From Vicinamibacteria bacterium (lineage in GTDB: Bacteria > Acidobacteriota > Vicinamibacteria > Marinacidobacterales > Marinacidobacteraceae): a DNA stretch of 64,000 nt. Both the position numbers and the translations under genes were made by a program. This document shows positions 54,701-63,102 of the stretch, piece after piece. The DNA lies in NCBI GenBank assembly GCA_964291235.2, contig OZ219816.1, forward strand, positions 1,088,001-1,152,000, in the 5' to 3' direction. The stretch's first letter is position 1. The number at the start of each line of letters is the position of its first letter. A model generated the notes under the pieces. The model saw only the letters and a program-made list of their open reading frames with translations. It searched no databases and was not told the DNA's origin.

Positions 54701-54743
54701 GGGGGGTCATAAACGCCGGGATGATACGAGCGTGTTCGGCCAT
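51693..54743 (-). CDS. addB: AddB-like inactive helicase with C-terminal PD-(D/E)XK nuclease
   Basis: GLADADWP, SPTGLDRYLKSP, RGSLLHDFLE, GRLDRLD..VIEYKS..LQARIY; directly upstream of the addA-like gene. Confidence 0.78.
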   Translation of the reverse strand: MAEHARIIPAFMTPRGAGTDSSRRIGLRRFPACGALREWVVREASGATLPGLVRRVEILVPGIGPAWTLDRMLRRRLPPGSLLPRVGTADNFFRDLGGDLDPPFRIAAPLARELLLEEALLAEREAPDAPPGDPTHFVDPLLAFLDEQARDASFRPGHSAFETFAARVERQLEEVQETDEGAVRLLRLARWLRSVHRRYQEALTQAGSADPGSLRERLFEQAPALRSALRGVRVLAVGEDALRPADLQLLTVLVAPETCAWALPESAPNPVLPRGLEAREETRELPGGEPPARPQPTLFAPPPAPTEGIRAHRPTLYLPASSAERQRFVFRLTDREEEVRLAAALLLRFRDDQGDAFRGFGRCALAAQNPSGYFDGVEAELGRRGIPFATPLRRGFTNHPWVASLSDVLEFSASPGRLSSGLNLLRSPFFRAPELPVAPQRAADLLARTALDAGMRDTNPPEELPRLAARLAREAADARSQCEGAGPDSEPLPERLLARADALETSAAALGTLTAAAETLAPLRDPEASFKAAITAFLEFVEQSLGADTDSEILDTVVQTCRQAAGAAPPGSLAGGTAQFPRRLRRLLKRRAAPATYSGDDGVALIAATDACLGDYDFLMLLGLADADWPGPRPQNIFFPHGLLEKATRRRQAEVRKREIRLLRSFPGLPRRGIAFSRPALDDSFPVAASPFEVEVSEALRARDLPRTEVPDSPIPQPATPTRRVNPLATTLDRRAPSAAVLEGPVSPTGLDRYLKSPAQFFARNVLRLDEERPLADVPPPTERGSLLHDFLERGYAALPGAGLTPGESEVDDLLAFFRAEFRSFAEERRLSETERRTEERWLFGGEATPGALEWFLREEAGCGPTVPVRFEAWIEGEAEPAASGSPALRVHGRLDRLDRRPGGARRVIEYKSGRYYEKPLQARIYARILEAGDGVPTDFAIPYFGNRQWIGPDDGPAVPKQDAQLAAIREGLAQGAFPPAPEEDGKFDFPLVIRRDLPESGPEAQESGGDARNDA

Positions 54744-54940
54744 TTCCTGTCACGCTCCGACCACCGCACCTGATGAGCGGCTGTTGCGCCGGGCAGCGCG
54801 GGAGGCCCGCGCCGCGCCCGCATGCTCGCGGGAGACTCGGCGCCACTTCGGCGCCGGCGAGCCAGCCGGGTTGGTAGCATCGCCGCCGGGTTCGCCGACT
54901 GCTCTCGAACCCGCCCTACGCTCCTGACGGATTCGGACTC

Positions 54941-56245
54941 TTGGCGCGGCACCCGGCAACGGCGTATTCCCGCGCGGCCACGCGTTCGGACGGCTTGACC
55001 TCCGTGACCGGCAGCCTGAGCCAGCGGGCGCCGCGGGAGGTTGCGGCACTTCGGGCGGAACTACGGTCGTTTCGTGAATTCGGGAGGGCGACCAGAGTCG
55101 TGTCGTTTCCCGATACCGATGTCCGCCTGCCTGTGTACGTGAACGAGTTCTGGACCTCGAAACAGCGGGCGGCCCACTCCCTCCACGAAATCTCCTACCG
55201 CGCGTGTTTCAAACCCCAACTGCCGCGGTTCTTCATTACGCGGCTGACGGCGCCCGGCGAGCTGGTGCATGACCCGTTTATGGGCCGCGGCACCACGCTC
55301 CTGGAGGCCGCGCTGCTCGGGCGGCGCGCCGTCGGTTCCGATCTGAACCCGCTGAGTGCGCATTTGCTCGAACCGCGGTTCGATCCTCCGCGGGTCGCCG
55401 AGGTGGCCGAGCGGCTGGCCTCGCTCGATCTCGAACGCCCGTGCCCGGCGCCGCCAGACCTTCTCGCGTTCTACCACCCGGCCACCCTGCGCCAGATCGT
55501 CAACCTGCGCGCGGAGTTGCTCCGGCGCCGGACGGCGGGAACGGCGGATCGCGTGGATCGCTGGATTCAGATGGTGACGACGAATCGGCTCACCGGGCAC
55601 TCCCCCGGTTTCCTGTCGGTGTACACCCTGCCGCCGAACCAGGCGGCTTCCGTCCGGTCGCAACGCCGGATCAACGAACGGCGCAACCAGGCCCCGCCGG
55701 AGCGCGACTTGCGGGCCCTCGTCCTGAAAAAGACCCGCTCCCTGCTCACCCGCCTGGAGTCGGGGGAACGGGCGCGCCTCGCGGCGGCGGACGCCGTGCT
55801 GCTCACGGGCTCCGCGGACGCTACACCGCGGATCGGCGACGGCGCCGTTCGGCTCGCGGTGACGTCGCCGCCCTTCCTCGACGTGGTGGACTACCGTGCG
55901 GACAACTGGCTGCGCTGCTGGTTCAACGGTCTCGATGCGGCTAAGGTGGCGCTGTGGCAGTGGAAGCGTGCGGCCGACTGGCAGGCCGCGATGACGCGCG
56001 TCTTTCGGGAGTTGTCGCGGGTGCTCGCTCGGTGGGGTTTGGTGGCATTCGAAGTCGGCGAAGTACGAAGCGGGCGCTTGTTGCTCGAGACGCTCGTGGT
56101 GCCGGCGGCGCGAGAGGCGGGCCTCGAGCCGCTTCTGGTCCTCGTGAACGATCAGCGGTTCACCAAGACCTCCAACTGCTGGGGCGTGGACAACCAACGA
56201 AAAGGCACCAATACGAACCGCGTGGTCCTGCTCCAAAAACCCTGA
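54941..56245 (+). CDS. Orphan amino (N4-C/N6-A) DNA methyltransferase
   Basis: YRACFKPQLP, motif I DPFMGRGTT, motif IV TSPPF in alpha order. Start uncertain (TTG 54941 or 54995). Confidence 0.85.
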   Translation: MARHPATAYSRAATRSDGLTSVTGSLSQRAPREVAALRAELRSFREFGRATRVVSFPDTDVRLPVYVNEFWTSKQRAAHSLHEISYRACFKPQLPRFFITRLTAPGELVHDPFMGRGTTLLEAALLGRRAVGSDLNPLSAHLLEPRFDPPRVAEVAERLASLDLERPCPAPPDLLAFYHPATLRQIVNLRAELLRRRTAGTADRVDRWIQMVTTNRLTGHSPGFLSVYTLPPNQAASVRSQRRINERRNQAPPERDLRALVLKKTRSLLTRLESGERARLAAADAVLLTGSADATPRIGDGAVRLAVTSPPFLDVVDYRADNWLRCWFNGLDAAKVALWQWKRAADWQAAMTRVFRELSRVLARWGLVAFEVGEVRSGRLLLETLVVPAAREAGLEPLLVLVNDQRFTKTSNCWGVDNQRKGTNTNRVVLLQKP

Positions 56246-56249
56246 CCCG

Positions 56250-59174
56250 ATGAAACGACGCCTGCGGGGCCGCCGGAGCGGTTTGCTGGCCGGAAACGTC
56301 ATCGCCTGGCTTCTCCTGGGGGGCGGCGCCACCGGGAGCGGGGAGGAACCGGAGGACACGGCGCGGCGCGTCCTCGCGGGACTGAGCCTCGAGGAGAAGG
56401 TGGGCCAGGTGCTCATGCCGCGCGCGCCCGCTGAGTTCCGCAATCTGGCGGATCCGGACCGTCAACAGTTGATCGAGATGGCGCAGGCGGGCCGCCTGGG
56501 CGGCGTCGTCGTGTTCGCCGGCAGTCCCGAGGGAACCCGGGACATCACCGGCGCCCTGCAGGCGGCCGCACCCCTCCCGGTCCTGGTCGGCGCCGACTAC
56601 GAGTGGGGCACTCCGATGCGCACTGCAGGCGGCACCCGTTTCCCTCCGGCGATGCAGTCGGCCGCGGCGCCCGATGCGGCCGCTCTCGAGCGCCAGGGCC
56701 GCATCGTGGCGCGGGAGGCCCGCGCCGTGGGAGTTCACCTGGTGCTGGCCCCGGTGCTGGACGTCCTGCAGAGCGCGTCGAGCGCGGTGATCGGCACCCG
56801 TTCTTTCGGTTCCGATCCCGACCTGGTGGCCGAGCTTGGGGTCGCCTTCGTGCGGGGAGTCGAAGCGGGCGGGGCGCTCGCCACCGCGAAGCACTTTCCG
56901 GGGCACGGCGGGACCGCGGCGGACTCCCACCACCGACTCGCCCTGGTGCCGGCGGATCGGGAGCACCTCGACCGGGTCGATCTGGCGCCCTTTCGCGCAG
57001 CGGTCCGGGCCGGCGTCTCCGCGGTCATGCCGGGGCATCTCGCGGTGCCGGCGCTCGACGGCCGCGACGACCGTCCCGCCGTGCTTTCTCCGGAGATGCT
57101 CGGTGGACTTCTCCGGTCGGAGTTCCGCTTCACCGGGCTGGTGGTGAGCGACGCGCTGGAGATGGAGGGCGCGCGCGCCGGGCGGTTTGACGGCGAGGTC
57201 GCGGCGCTGGCGCTCGGCGCCGGAGTGGACGTGATCCTCGTTCCCCGCGACCCGGAAGTGGCACACCAGGCACTCGTGCGGGCGGCCGAAGCCGGCCGGC
57301 TGGATGCGGAGCGTCTCGACGAAGCGGTGCTGCGGGTGCTGGAAGCGAAGGCACGACTTGGCCTGTTCGACGATCGGGCCCCTCCGGAGCCGCTGGCGGA
57401 AGCCTTTGGCGATCCGGCGGCCCGCGACTGGGCGGAGTCGCTTTTTGGCCGGGGACTGACTCTGGTACGCGATCCGGAGGGGCTCCTCCCGTGGTCCACC
57501 CGGATCACCGGCGCGCCGGGGGGAGCAGCCGGTCGAACACCCGAACTGCTCCTGATCGAGGTGCATCAGGAAGGCCCCTACGAGCCGGACCGCCGGACTT
57601 TCCGGGCGGAGATCCGCCGGCGGGGCGCCCTCATGTCGCGGATTCCGACAACCCGCCACGGCGCTCTTCCGCTGGCCCGGTTCGCCCGGGACGCCGACCG
57701 GGCGGACGCCGTGGTGATCGCCGACTATCGGAAGAACGGGCTCGATATGCCGGCCGAGTTGGCGGACGCCGTGACTCCCTTCGCCGAGAGACTGCTCCTG
57801 GTTTCCTTCGGCAACCCGCACGGAGTCCGGAACGCGCCTGCGGAAGCGGCAGTCCTGCTCGCCTGGGACGGCGCCCGGGAGAACCAGCTAGCGGCCGCCG
57901 CGGCGCTCTTCGGCGAGACTTCGCTCGAGGGACGGTTGCCCATTCCGCTCGAGGGAGCGCCCGCGGGGGCGGGAGTCCCAAAACCGGCGGAGCGGCAACG
58001 GCTTCGTCCCGTCGAACCCGGGGAGGTCGGCATGAGTCGCGAAGGCGTCGAGAACATCCGCGCGGTTGTCGAGGCGGCCATCGCCGAAGGCGTGACGCCG
58101 GGTGCGAGCGCTCTCGTGGTCCACCGGGGCAGGGTGCTGCTCCAGGAGGGGTTCGGGCGGCTGACCTATGACGAGGGTGCGGCCGAAGTAACCCCGGAGA
58201 CGATCTATGACCTCGCCTCGCTCACCAAGGTCGTCGGGACGACAACCCTGGTGATGATGCTCGTGGAAGAGGGCGCGCTCGACGTCACCTTGCCGGTCAG
58301 CGCCTATCTGCCCGAGTTTCTCGACCAGGCGCCCTCCGAGGAAGAACGGAGCCGGCGCCGGGGAGTCACCGTCGCGGATTTGCTCGCCCACAGTTCCGGT
58401 CTCCCGGCCTGGATCCAGTTCTATCTGGAATTCGATCCCGAGGCTCGCGGGCTTCCGCTCGACGAGGCGCGGCGGCGGGTGTTCGACCGGATCGTGGGGG
58501 CCACCTCCGACTACGAACCCCGGACGGACACTGTGTACTCGGACAACGGAATCCTGCTGCTCGGCGAAACGATCGAGCGGGTCTCCGGAAAGACACTTGA
58601 CGTGCTGGTCCAGGAGCGCCTCTTCGGACCTCTCGGCATGAACAGCACCCGCTACCGGCCACCTGCCGCGTGGGTGGAGCGCATCGCGCCGACCGAGGAC
58701 AACCCCTGGCGCGGCACAGTGGTGCGCGGGCAGGTCCATGACGAGAACACGGTGGTGCTCGGCGAAGTCGCCGCCCATGCCGGATTGTTCAGCACCACCG
58801 GGGACCTCGGTGTGTTCCTCCAGATGTTGCTGAACGGCGGTTCCATGAACGGCACGCGGTTGTTGCGGGCGGACACCATCGAACACTTCACGAGGCGCGC
58901 GGGCCTGCACCCCGGAAGCAGCAGGGCGCTCGGCTGGGACACTCCCTCCCGGACGGCTTCCGGCGGCCCGTCCTCAGCCGGCGAGTATTTTTCGGCCTCC
59001 TCCTTCGGGCACACCGGCTTCACCGGCACCTCCATCTGGGTCGATCCGGAACGCGAGGTCTTTTGTGTGCTGTTGACGAACCGCGTGTACCCCACCCGGG
59101 AGAACGACGGGATCTTTCGCCTCCGTCCGGCCTTCCACGACGCGGTGATCGAGGCTCTCCCGGGTGATCGCTGA
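56250..59174 (+). CDS. GH3 beta-N-acetylglucosaminidase (NagZ-like) fused to a beta-lactamase-family serine hydrolase
   Basis: DYEWG, KHFPGHG...DSH, SDALEM; then LASLTK, YSD, HAGLFS, GHTGFTG, LTNR; N-terminal signal. Confidence 0.9.
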   Translation: MKRRLRGRRSGLLAGNVIAWLLLGGGATGSGEEPEDTARRVLAGLSLEEKVGQVLMPRAPAEFRNLADPDRQQLIEMAQAGRLGGVVVFAGSPEGTRDITGALQAAAPLPVLVGADYEWGTPMRTAGGTRFPPAMQSAAAPDAAALERQGRIVAREARAVGVHLVLAPVLDVLQSASSAVIGTRSFGSDPDLVAELGVAFVRGVEAGGALATAKHFPGHGGTAADSHHRLALVPADREHLDRVDLAPFRAAVRAGVSAVMPGHLAVPALDGRDDRPAVLSPEMLGGLLRSEFRFTGLVVSDALEMEGARAGRFDGEVAALALGAGVDVILVPRDPEVAHQALVRAAEAGRLDAERLDEAVLRVLEAKARLGLFDDRAPPEPLAEAFGDPAARDWAESLFGRGLTLVRDPEGLLPWSTRITGAPGGAAGRTPELLLIEVHQEGPYEPDRRTFRAEIRRRGALMSRIPTTRHGALPLARFARDADRADAVVIADYRKNGLDMPAELADAVTPFAERLLLVSFGNPHGVRNAPAEAAVLLAWDGARENQLAAAAALFGETSLEGRLPIPLEGAPAGAGVPKPAERQRLRPVEPGEVGMSREGVENIRAVVEAAIAEGVTPGASALVVHRGRVLLQEGFGRLTYDEGAAEVTPETIYDLASLTKVVGTTTLVMMLVEEGALDVTLPVSAYLPEFLDQAPSEEERSRRRGVTVADLLAHSSGLPAWIQFYLEFDPEARGLPLDEARRRVFDRIVGATSDYEPRTDTVYSDNGILLLGETIERVSGKTLDVLVQERLFGPLGMNSTRYRPPAAWVERIAPTEDNPWRGTVVRGQVHDENTVVLGEVAAHAGLFSTTGDLGVFLQMLLNGGSMNGTRLLRADTIEHFTRRAGLHPGSSRALGWDTPSRTASGGPSSAGEYFSASSFGHTGFTGTSIWVDPEREVFCVLLTNRVYPTRENDGIFRLRPAFHDAVIEALPGDR

Positions 59175-59320
59175 CCTCTCCCGGCTCCGGAAAGCGGTCG
59201 CGCTCCGGTAATCCCTGCGGTTTGGCCGGGGGCTGCGGCTTCCCGTACACTCACCGGGTTCGGCGCCCGGGTGGCGCCGGTGACTCCATTCCGTCGGGGC
59301 AGTGACTCCGGGAGAAAGAA

Positions 59321-60481
59321 ATGACAACCAAGAATCTGGCTCTTTTCCTGATGGTCCTGGGGGTGGCGTTCGCCGTTGGCTGCCAGGCGCCCGGAGAACG
59401 GACGAGTGGGGCGCCGCTGGACGACCCGCACGCCGAACACGCCGAAATGCCCGAAGTGGACCCGCACTGGCCCATCCTTCCCAGCGATTGGCTGATCGGG
59501 GAGGTTTCCGGGATCGCGGTGGACATGAACGACCACATCTGGTTGGTCCAGCGTCCCCGCAGCCTGAACGCCGATGAGGCCGGGCTCGCCCAGGATCCGC
59601 CCCTCTCCCAGTGCTGCAATCCCGCGCCGCCGGTGCTCAAGTTCGATGCCGACGGCAACCTGCTCGACAGTTGGGGCGACGCGAACGGTTATCAGGGCGA
59701 GGGCTACGAGTGGCCGGCCAGCGAGCACGGCATCTTCGTGGACCATCTGGGCTTCGTCTGGCTCGCCGGGAACGGCCCGGACGACCATCAGGTTCTGAAG
59801 TTCAGCGGGGACGGCACGTTCGTGATGCAGATCGGGCAGGCGGGCCGCACCGAAGGAAGCAACAGCACCGAGTTCCTGGGCCAGCCGGCGGACATGGAAG
59901 TGGATCCCGAAACGAACGAGCTCTACATCGCGGACGGCTACCTGAACAAGCGGGTCATCGTCTTCGATGCGGAGACGGGCGAGTATCTCCGTCACTGGGG
60001 CGCCTACGGAAACGAGCCCTCGGATGAGGACACCGGCCGCTTCGTTCCCGGTTCCGAGCCCATTCAGCAGTTCCGCACTCCGGTCCACGCGGTGCGGATC
60101 GCCAGGGACGGGATGGTGTACGTCGCGGACCGGGTGAACAACCGGATCCAGGTGTTCCAGAAGGACGGCACCTACGTGAACGAAATGATCGTGGAGGGGA
60201 ACAGCCTCGGGAACGGCTCTACCTGGGACCTCGAGCTCTCGCCGGACGAGGGTCAGGTCGATCTCTATAACGCCGACGGCCAGAACCAGCGGATTCACAT
60301 CATCAACCGCGCCGCCATGGAGATCGAGGGCTACTTCGGCCGCCGCGGCCGCTACGCCGGCCAGTTCCACTGGGTCCACAATGTCGCGGTCGATTCCGCA
60401 GGAAACTTCTATACCGCCGAGGTCAACCAGGGCCGCCGCGCACAGAAGTTCGTGGTGAGTCACGCGGGTCACGTCCACTGA
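59321..60481 (+). CDS. NHL-repeat beta-propeller lipoprotein (peptidyl-alpha-hydroxyglycine lyase-like)
   Basis: Lipobox AVGC; EHGIFVD, LYIADGY.NKRV, VYVADRVNNRIQVF, QFHWVH. Confidence 0.85.
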   Translation: MTTKNLALFLMVLGVAFAVGCQAPGERTSGAPLDDPHAEHAEMPEVDPHWPILPSDWLIGEVSGIAVDMNDHIWLVQRPRSLNADEAGLAQDPPLSQCCNPAPPVLKFDADGNLLDSWGDANGYQGEGYEWPASEHGIFVDHLGFVWLAGNGPDDHQVLKFSGDGTFVMQIGQAGRTEGSNSTEFLGQPADMEVDPETNELYIADGYLNKRVIVFDAETGEYLRHWGAYGNEPSDEDTGRFVPGSEPIQQFRTPVHAVRIARDGMVYVADRVNNRIQVFQKDGTYVNEMIVEGNSLGNGSTWDLELSPDEGQVDLYNADGQNQRIHIINRAAMEIEGYFGRRGRYAGQFHWVHNVAVDSAGNFYTAEVNQGRRAQKFVVSHAGHVH

Positions 60482-60580
60482 CCCACTCCCGGGTTGGAGA
60501 ATCCCCGGGAACACCCTGACCAAACGGACCGGGCGCTGCTTCTTAGAGGAGGCGCCCGGCCGTTTTCGGTCTGACCCGGC

Positions 60581-61930
60581 ATGAACGAGGGGCTGGCGGC
60601 TGCCATGCGGAAGTCCAGGCGGGCCGCGGCGTCTCTGCTCGCCGCCACCCTGCTCCTCTTGCCGGTTGCCCCGCGGCCGGCTGTGGGGCACGACATTCCC
60701 GATGAAGTCCGCATTCCGGTCTTCGTCCGGGAGGCGAACGGCGAGTTGCACCTGGTGGCCCGGGTGCCCTTGCTCCTGCTGCTCTCGCTGAACGTCCCCA
60801 AATGGGGCGCCGGCTACCTCGACTTCGAGCGAGCCGACCCGGTGCTGCAGCGCGCGGCCGAGGTGTTCGCCGCCGAAGCGCCCCTCTTTCATCCGGACGG
60901 CAGCCTGCTGCCTCCCACCGTCCGCGCCTATCGCGTCGCCCTGCCGTGGGACCGTTCCTTCACCGATTTCGCGTCGGCGCGGGATACGGTGCTGTCGGAG
61001 CCGCTGCCGGCCGACACCCAGGTCTTCTGGAACCAGGGCTTCCTGGACTTTTATCTGACCTATCCGGTCCCCGCGGAGGGGAGCGTTTCGGTCGAATGCA
61101 ACGTGGCGCCCGGCTTTGGCGACCGCGTGGCGCTCGACGTGCTCTACGAACGCCGGGATGAGGGCGGGGAGGACTGGAGGAGCAATCTCTTCCACATCAG
61201 CGTTCGGGAAGGCCGGGTGGTGCTCGACCCGACGCCCTTCCAGGCCTTCTTTGCCTTCGGCCGTTCCGGCGTCGAGCACATTCTCACCGGCTGGGACCAC
61301 CTTCTCTTCCTGATCTGTCTCATCGCTCCGTTTGGGCGTCTCTCACGCCTCAAACACCTGCTGATCATGGTGACCGGGTTTACCGTCGCGCATTCGGTGA
61401 CCCTGGTGACGGCGGCTCTGGGGCACGCGCCCGAGGCGCCGTGGTTCGTCCCGCTCGTCGAGGGAGTGGTGGCGCTCTCGATCCTGTACACCGCGATCGA
61501 GAATCTGATTTCCGCAAGCGTGACGCGGCGGGCGATCCTCGCGTTCGTCTTCGGTTTGTTCCACGGTTTCGGTTTCGCCTTCGCGCTCGGCGAATCGCTC
61601 GCCTTCGCCGGCGATCACCTGCCGCTGGCGCTCTTCTCGTTCAACCTGGGAGTGGAAGCCGGGCAGGCCGCCGTGGTGTTGGCGGTGATCCCGCTACTGC
61701 ATCTCCTGAGCGGGACGGACCGTTCCCGCTTCGCGGTGAGTGCTTTGTTGTCGGTGGTGGGCGGCCACGCCGCGTGGCACCTGCTGGAAACGCGGCTCAC
61801 CGAGCTCTCGCGGGCCTGGGCGATCTCCGGGGGAGTGCCGCCGTCGTGGTCGTGGCTGCTGTGGCCGCTCGCGATTGCCGGCGTCCTCGGCTGGGGGATC
61901 GTGATGATGCGCCGGAGGCGGGCAGCCTGA
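60581..61930 (+). CDS. HupE/UreJ family membrane protein with N-terminal periplasmic domain
   Basis: Signal then HD; GVEHILTGWDHLLF, FTVAHSVTL, FGLFHGFGFA, FNLGVE.GQ. Confidence 0.85.
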   Translation: MNEGLAAAMRKSRRAAASLLAATLLLLPVAPRPAVGHDIPDEVRIPVFVREANGELHLVARVPLLLLLSLNVPKWGAGYLDFERADPVLQRAAEVFAAEAPLFHPDGSLLPPTVRAYRVALPWDRSFTDFASARDTVLSEPLPADTQVFWNQGFLDFYLTYPVPAEGSVSVECNVAPGFGDRVALDVLYERRDEGGEDWRSNLFHISVREGRVVLDPTPFQAFFAFGRSGVEHILTGWDHLLFLICLIAPFGRLSRLKHLLIMVTGFTVAHSVTLVTAALGHAPEAPWFVPLVEGVVALSILYTAIENLISASVTRRAILAFVFGLFHGFGFAFALGESLAFAGDHLPLALFSFNLGVEAGQAAVVLAVIPLLHLLSGTDRSRFAVSALLSVVGGHAAWHLLETRLTELSRAWAISGGVPPSWSWLLWPLAIAGVLGWGIVMMRRRRAA

Positions 61931-62010
61931 AAACGGCGAGCGCCCCGCGAACCGGGCGCGGCGGGAGCGCCGGGAATTGGGCGTCCGCCGGGCGGTAAGA
62001 TGCGGCCCCG

Positions 62011-63090
62011 ATGAATCCTCCCGTGTCCGCTCCCGCTTCTCCCATCCGTATCGAGCAGGTCTCCGAATCCCGGTTACCTCAGGTGGACCTCGCCAACGTT
62101 TCCTTTGGCCGGGTGTACAGCGACCACATGCTCAGTGCCCGGTGCCGGGACGGTGTCTGGAACGATCCGGAGATCGTTCCCTTCGGAGACCTCGCGCTCC
62201 ACCCGGCTACGGCGGTGCTCCACTACGCGCAGGCGATTTTCGAGGGAATGAAGGCGCACCTCACGGACGATGGGACGCCCGTACTTTTCCGGCCGGACGA
62301 GAACTGGCGGCGAATGAACCGGTCGGCGCGGCGCCTGGTGATGACCGAGGTGCCCGAGGACATTTTCCTGGGTGGCGTCCGGGAACTCGTCCGACTGGAC
62401 CGCGACTGGATTCCTCCAAACGAGTTCGGTTCGCTCTACATCCGGCCCTTGCTGTTTGCATCCGATCCGTACATCGGCGTGAGCCCGTCGCGGGAATACC
62501 GGTTCGTCATCTTCACTGCCCCGGTGGGCGCCTACTACGAGGGCTCGGTGAGCCTCTACGTGACCAGGAAATGGATCCGGGCGGCGGACGGGGGTATCGG
62601 CGAGGCGAAGGCGGCGGGGAACTACTCGGCCAGCTACTACGGGATGAAAGAGGCCCGGGAACACGGCTGCGACAACGTGCTCTGGCTCGATTCCAGGGAA
62701 CATCGTTTCGTCGAGGAGTGCGGGACCATGAACATGATGTTCGTGATCGGCGACCGGGTCGTGACGCCCCCGCTGGGGGGAACGATCCTCCCGGGTGTCA
62801 CCCGGGACAGCGCCATCCGGCTCCTCCGCGACCAGTTGGGAACGGCGGTCGAAGAGCGCCCGATTTCCATCGAGGAAGTGGCCGAGGCGCACGCAGCGGG
62901 CACCCTCCGCGAATGCTTCGGCGTGGGGACCGCCGCCGTGGTGACGCCGGTCGCCCGGCTCACCGGCGGCGGAGTGGAGGTCAGGCTTCCGGAAGAAACC
63001 CCGGTTCAGGACGCGCTGCGGGATCTGCTCACGGGGATTCGCCTCGGCCGTTTGCCCGATCCCTACGGCTGGGTGGACCGCCTCCGTTAG
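62011..63090 (+). CDS. ilvE: Branched-chain amino acid aminotransferase
   Basis: LHYAQAIFEGMKA, LYIRP, AKAAGNY (PLP Lys), EECGTMN, ILPGVTRDS, GTAA. Confidence 0.93.
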   Translation: MNPPVSAPASPIRIEQVSESRLPQVDLANVSFGRVYSDHMLSARCRDGVWNDPEIVPFGDLALHPATAVLHYAQAIFEGMKAHLTDDGTPVLFRPDENWRRMNRSARRLVMTEVPEDIFLGGVRELVRLDRDWIPPNEFGSLYIRPLLFASDPYIGVSPSREYRFVIFTAPVGAYYEGSVSLYVTRKWIRAADGGIGEAKAAGNYSASYYGMKEAREHGCDNVLWLDSREHRFVEECGTMNMMFVIGDRVVTPPLGGTILPGVTRDSAIRLLRDQLGTAVEERPISIEEVAEAHAAGTLRECFGVGTAAVVTPVARLTGGGVEVRLPEETPVQDALRDLLTGIRLGRLPDPYGWVDRLR

Positions 63091-63102
63091 CGAGCCGTCC
63101 TC

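Noticed and set aside
51693-56245. Methyltransferase plus PD-(D/E)XK nuclease as a restriction-modification or defence system
   Set aside because: The nuclease is the C-terminal domain of an AddB-like protein coupled to AddA and is transcribed divergently; no other defence genes are nearby.
58020-59174. Beta-lactamase resistance gene
   Set aside because: It is a serine-hydrolase domain fused to GH3 NagZ; a peptidoglycan-recycling role is more parsimonious.
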